In this document: piece after piece, positions 31,901 through 33,735 of the stretch
How the letters are laid out: every line of letters begins with the position of its first letter
Numbering within the stretch: position 1 is the stretch's first letter
Assembly: GCA_018813975.1 (NCBI GenBank)
Contig: JAHJAQ010000028.1
Coordinates: 1-33,735 of the forward strand
Direction of reading: 5' to 3'
Source: Candidatus Micrarchaeota archaeon
GTDB taxonomy: Archaea; Iainarchaeota; Iainarchaeia; Iainarchaeales; JAGVWC01
Length of the DNA stretch: 33,735 nt
Position numbers and translations under genes: made by a program
Notes under the pieces: generated by a model
What the model was told of the DNA's origin: nothing
Seen by the model: only the letters and a program-made list of their open reading frames with translations
Databases searched by the model: none

Positions 31901-33575
31901 TGAAGAAGAAAAGAAAGATGCCCAAACAGGGGGCAATTTGAATACCACTAAAATTTCAGAAGCCATTCAAGAAGGCAGTGATAGATTGCTGGGCGCTTTT
32001 CAAGGCGGGGATCCGGATGGATGGAGCGGACAGGCAGCCCAAGAAGCCCAACAGCAATTAGATTCTTTAATTCAGAATGCAGAAACCAAGGATTTGGTGG
32101 AAGCGGTTCTAACCACGGAAGGACTAACAAGCGGGCAGTTATCCGGCACGCACTTGTTTTATTTGTGGTTGCAAGGCGGTTCTGAATTGGATATGAGCTC
32201 CTACAAAACCACAGGCATCCAAAATGTGCGAGATGGTAACACCACGGTTACCAGTGATTTTGAAAAAGGACAAGTATTGGTAAACGGAGAACCCGTTATT
32301 ACGGATGAAGATATTGCGCGCTTGCCTTCCACAAATACTAACATTCCGGCAATCGAATACCCTAATACCTTAACCAAAGTGGGTTTGCCATCCGATGAAA
32401 ACGTCGTGATTTTTTCCATGGACATTGAATCTCATACTTTTGTCATGCATCCGGAAGTATTGGATTGTATTCGCCAAGGCGTTATTGCCCAAACCGGCGT
32501 GGGAATGATTGGTGATGATTTAACCGAGGTTTTTGGTTTAACAGAAGCTATTGTAACCGATACGCATCCGAATATTTTTGCCTTAGCCCCTACTCGGCGT
32601 ATTACGGCAGAAGGAATTCCAAGAAAGATTGCAGAAGGAATTGAATCGCACGTGGATATTTTTTCCAATACCCAGACTGCGTTAATTACTTCTGTTGATG
32701 GTGATAACGATGTGGGAAGACTAAAAAGCATTCAATTTCAAAACGGGGTAATCATTTACAAGCCATCCACCAATGAATTAATTGTATGGTTAAAACGAAA
32801 CGAAAAGATTATTTTGAATCAAAATGAGGTGGATGGTTTAAGAGCAACTCCCACCACTTCGCGAAATCCTATTACTGATTGTGAAGAACCCGCCATTGAT
32901 TTGGAAATTAAAGGAGATCCTACCTCTGAACAAGCCTTGCACAAAGCAGAACAATTCAACCAAAGCCTAGAACACTTTGGGCCATTCAAGATTTTTGATA
33001 CGCCTACTCGACGATTTGTTTTTTATTCTGGTCCTCCTCCTGCCTGTGAACCGCGCTTTAAAGTGATTGATAAGGGAACCGGAGAGGTTTTAGTGGATCA
33101 AGCCATTACTTCGATTGAAGCCACGCCGGATGGCGTTAGGGTTACAACCGCAGATGGTCAAACCCATGACTTGGGTTTTAGTGCAGAAGGCGGAAAACCC
33201 ATTCTAACCTATAATGGTCAACCAGAACCCTTGTTGAGTGCACAAGGGGACAAAGGAGCGTTTTGGTATGATCCTGAAAAAGGATTGTGGTATACGGAAA
33301 ACGCGCAATTATTGCCCTTGTTAGAAGCATTTAGAACACGCGGTTTAAGCACTCAAGTAGGACCGGACGGGAAAGTAAGTACTACGGCAACAGGAAACCT
33401 TTTGAACTTGAATATTGGGGGCGACGGAGACGGAATCTTTAATTTGAATAGTGTTCCTGAGAATCCATTTGCCTTGGGATTATTCGTGCTTTCTCTCTTG
33501 GGCGTGCTCATGGTAATTCGAACGCGCATTAAACCACGTCGCCCAGAAGAATTGGTTGCACCAGAAACTGTTTAA
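28965..33575 (+). CDS. Large (about 1525-1536 aa) secreted surface protein with an N-terminal signal peptide and a C-terminal motif/TM/basic anchor (candidate S-layer-type or envelope protein)
   Basis: Long uninterrupted ORF. The start is ambiguous: TTG at 28965 per the track, or GTG at 29001, which gives MRSANQWASLLLIFLLINTTIATSALA/QE, a canonical signal peptide with an A-x-A site. Many N-x-S/T sequons are present. The C-terminus is VPENPFALGLFVLSLLGVLMVIRTRIKPRR. No domain recognised by eye. Confidence 0.85.
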   Translation: MVILFEWVVVFEVRSANQWASLLLIFLLINTTIATSALAQETNGTTPPETGKLSPEPFRNPLTGEVYREPERPPEIPLLEQQQGLLDLQLPESVIVPQRTGFACNNTEMDPRERQKLWDTTLKEGFVGEELDSGAPGKQHRDSIDQNVLLLPDEKGELGIKQKLPNQKMDPAELDHLLNRYSSGAFAFGILLPDTLRAGRCEDVNDGCALLGQKLQLRNDGAGIIANYKNVFSDVWNLVKPEEENNSVQGLFKEELDTVKAELISSMDVNQLPLQTAERLKGKIIPNSILTEEFSSSLNSNCTSAACYIDTYSMFDKMFNAYSSGTLLATSFGPSLMNATRRAFGWSGRRIDIFNPKNSVLGRKIRSLYSMPDSWYTQWVQKRQNQLIRSKVLDFDNSLVSAQKVLEGGGFNAWWNPTFKKELAGLTDPVKRGDYYRYFTNMQQYARSNALARDLAEEEFLALTKGLSPADPKFILAKRQFATKTGKIWRDIDDFTGIDVPSWHLNHKSVNWQKYAVKTDNGAFVQPSVDSDFYDIMLKKMGDGHFDFSKGQGIAQFREAYTSRNGKLLLYEVRPQGQEVTKITRDTLEDAVARGNFGNMYARLDDEAFVPLQKNNLDYILKKTTGDVGVYRGGYAEAREFSVDDLADLMLGDRGAKPVKAFARNMDTIVASVRENGWQYRQHWGSLLDQYFAKHQNIVKTYLSPKGGLKLTAYPFAFWGFKRGFGQEAVSLYQLPDTWTSLDIYHGESDLFNNSFIDFFANAGSDQGDIFVAFLNKLPWKMILDELSQEYNPINELYQSITHNEMRSEVGNLAVYTSGSDDCEHCKISLQTKDLRTFSPFFFSPEELNSFILEDTPPKEQEIGQNLIAYTYRTNLKGDTRDMDTESGGVDLEDAIRNKETCQDAVKKMNASIPVFGRILPEGSSVGGALAFGEAIGYAVFTWTGFLGSAVQQVLLTPQLQDCVDTQEGYFVHFFAPAIEEEKKDAQTGGNLNTTKISEAIQEGSDRLLGAFQGGDPDGWSGQAAQEAQQQLDSLIQNAETKDLVEAVLTTEGLTSGQLSGTHLFYLWLQGGSELDMSSYKTTGIQNVRDGNTTVTSDFEKGQVLVNGEPVITDEDIARLPSTNTNIPAIEYPNTLTKVGLPSDENVVIFSMDIESHTFVMHPEVLDCIRQGVIAQTGVGMIGDDLTEVFGLTEAIVTDTHPNIFALAPTRRITAEGIPRKIAEGIESHVDIFSNTQTALITSVDGDNDVGRLKSIQFQNGVIIYKPSTNELIVWLKRNEKIILNQNEVDGLRATPTTSRNPITDCEEPAIDLEIKGDPTSEQALHKAEQFNQSLEHFGPFKIFDTPTRRFVFYSGPPPACEPRFKVIDKGTGEVLVDQAITSIEATPDGVRVTTADGQTHDLGFSAEGGKPILTYNGQPEPLLSAQGDKGAFWYDPEKGLWYTENAQLLPLLEAFRTRGLSTQVGPDGKVSTTATGNLLNLNIGGDGDGIFNLNSVPENPFALGLFVLSLLGVLMVIRTRIKPRRPEELVAPETV
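33453..33542 (+). other. Candidate C-terminal protein-sorting signal (short motif, TM helix, Arg/Lys cluster) of the 1536-aa protein
   Basis: VPENPF, then ALGLFVLSLLGVLMVI, then RTRIKPRR, followed by a 10-aa tail (PEELVAPETV). This is the tripartite layout of exosortase/archaeosortase recognition signals (PEP-CTERM, PGF-CTERM, VPXXXP-CTERM types). Confidence 0.5.
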
Positions 33576-33735
33576 GCCGCTTTCTTTTTTCCGTTTCTGC
33601 GCAATTCTTCCAATTCTTCTTTTTCTTTTTTGCTTAGCGTTCCCATCTTTGCCAAGTACGCCTCGTATTCTTTTTTGGGCATTCGATCCAATTCTTCCAT
33701 GTAAGCCACATACATGAGGACAGGCAATGGTTTAG
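33572..33735 (-). CDS. Possible 3' end of a convergent gene (K/E-rich C-terminus; unknown function)
   Basis: The reverse complement is open from the window edge: ..KPLPVLMYVAYMEELDRMPKKEYEAYLAKMGTLSKKEKEELEELRRNGKKKAA, then stop. Its stop (33574-33572) overlaps the stop of the 1536-aa gene. Only 54 codons are visible, so coding status is weakly supported. Confidence 0.3.
   Translation of the reverse strand, partial: KPLPVLMYVAYMEELDRMPKKEYEAYLAKMGTLSKKEKEELEELRRNGKKKAA

Noticed and set aside
1-33735. Searched by eye for CRISPR arrays, tRNA/rRNA genes, transposases/IS ends, toxin-antitoxin pairs and long direct or inverted DNA repeats
   Set aside because: Intergenic space is minimal (the longest spacers are about 140 nt and 109 nt), and I saw no repeat-spacer periodicity, cloverleaf-like segments or transposase motifs. 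The only mobile elements found are the two inteins. A computational repeat and tRNA scan would be needed to be certain.

Overview
Gene-dense, AT-rich window with no rRNA, tRNA, CRISPR array or transposase that I could find. It reads as archaeal, probably a small-genome DPANN-like lineage, but that lineage call is inference only. The archaeal signals are [KR]GQ-type class III (prepilin-like) N-termini, a FlaI/KlbA-type ATPase followed by a FlaJ/TadC-type membrane protein, an archaeosortase-like gene, LAGLIDADG inteins, and TATA-like boxes about 26-32 nt upstream of start codons. Nearly everything encodes cell-surface machinery. (1) A minus-strand cluster at 1..11636 holds two paralogous N-terminally anchored beta-sandwich-repeat surface proteins: a 411-codon fragment open at the window edge and absent from the ORF track, and a 2929-aa giant. 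They bracket a 14-Cys pilin-like 469-aa protein. (2) Two housekeeping genes follow (GNAT acetyltransferase, YjbQ/UPF0047). (3) A small archaeosortase/exosortase-family gene is divergently paired with (4) a type IV pilus-like operon. That operon encodes a secretion-superfamily ATPase interrupted by two full-length LAGLIDADG inteins only 22 extein residues apart (one in the P-loop), a 9-TM FlaJ/TadC-like platform protein, and seven consecutive small proteins with prepilin-like or N-terminal-anchor leaders, one of them a 56-aa ORF below the ORF-track cutoff. (5) Next are a lipobox/TM/zinc-ribbon protein and two membrane proteins. (6) A 1536-aa secreted protein ends in a motif / TM helix / basic cluster and is a candidate substrate for the archaeosortase. 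My main hypothesis is that the window is an integrated attachment and envelope-interaction island: pilus motor, pilins, a giant adhesin with a helical and possibly lytic C-terminal module, and sortase-anchored surface protein. The island has no prepilin peptidase or archaellum accessory genes in view. All product calls rest on motif reading by eye and no searches were run.
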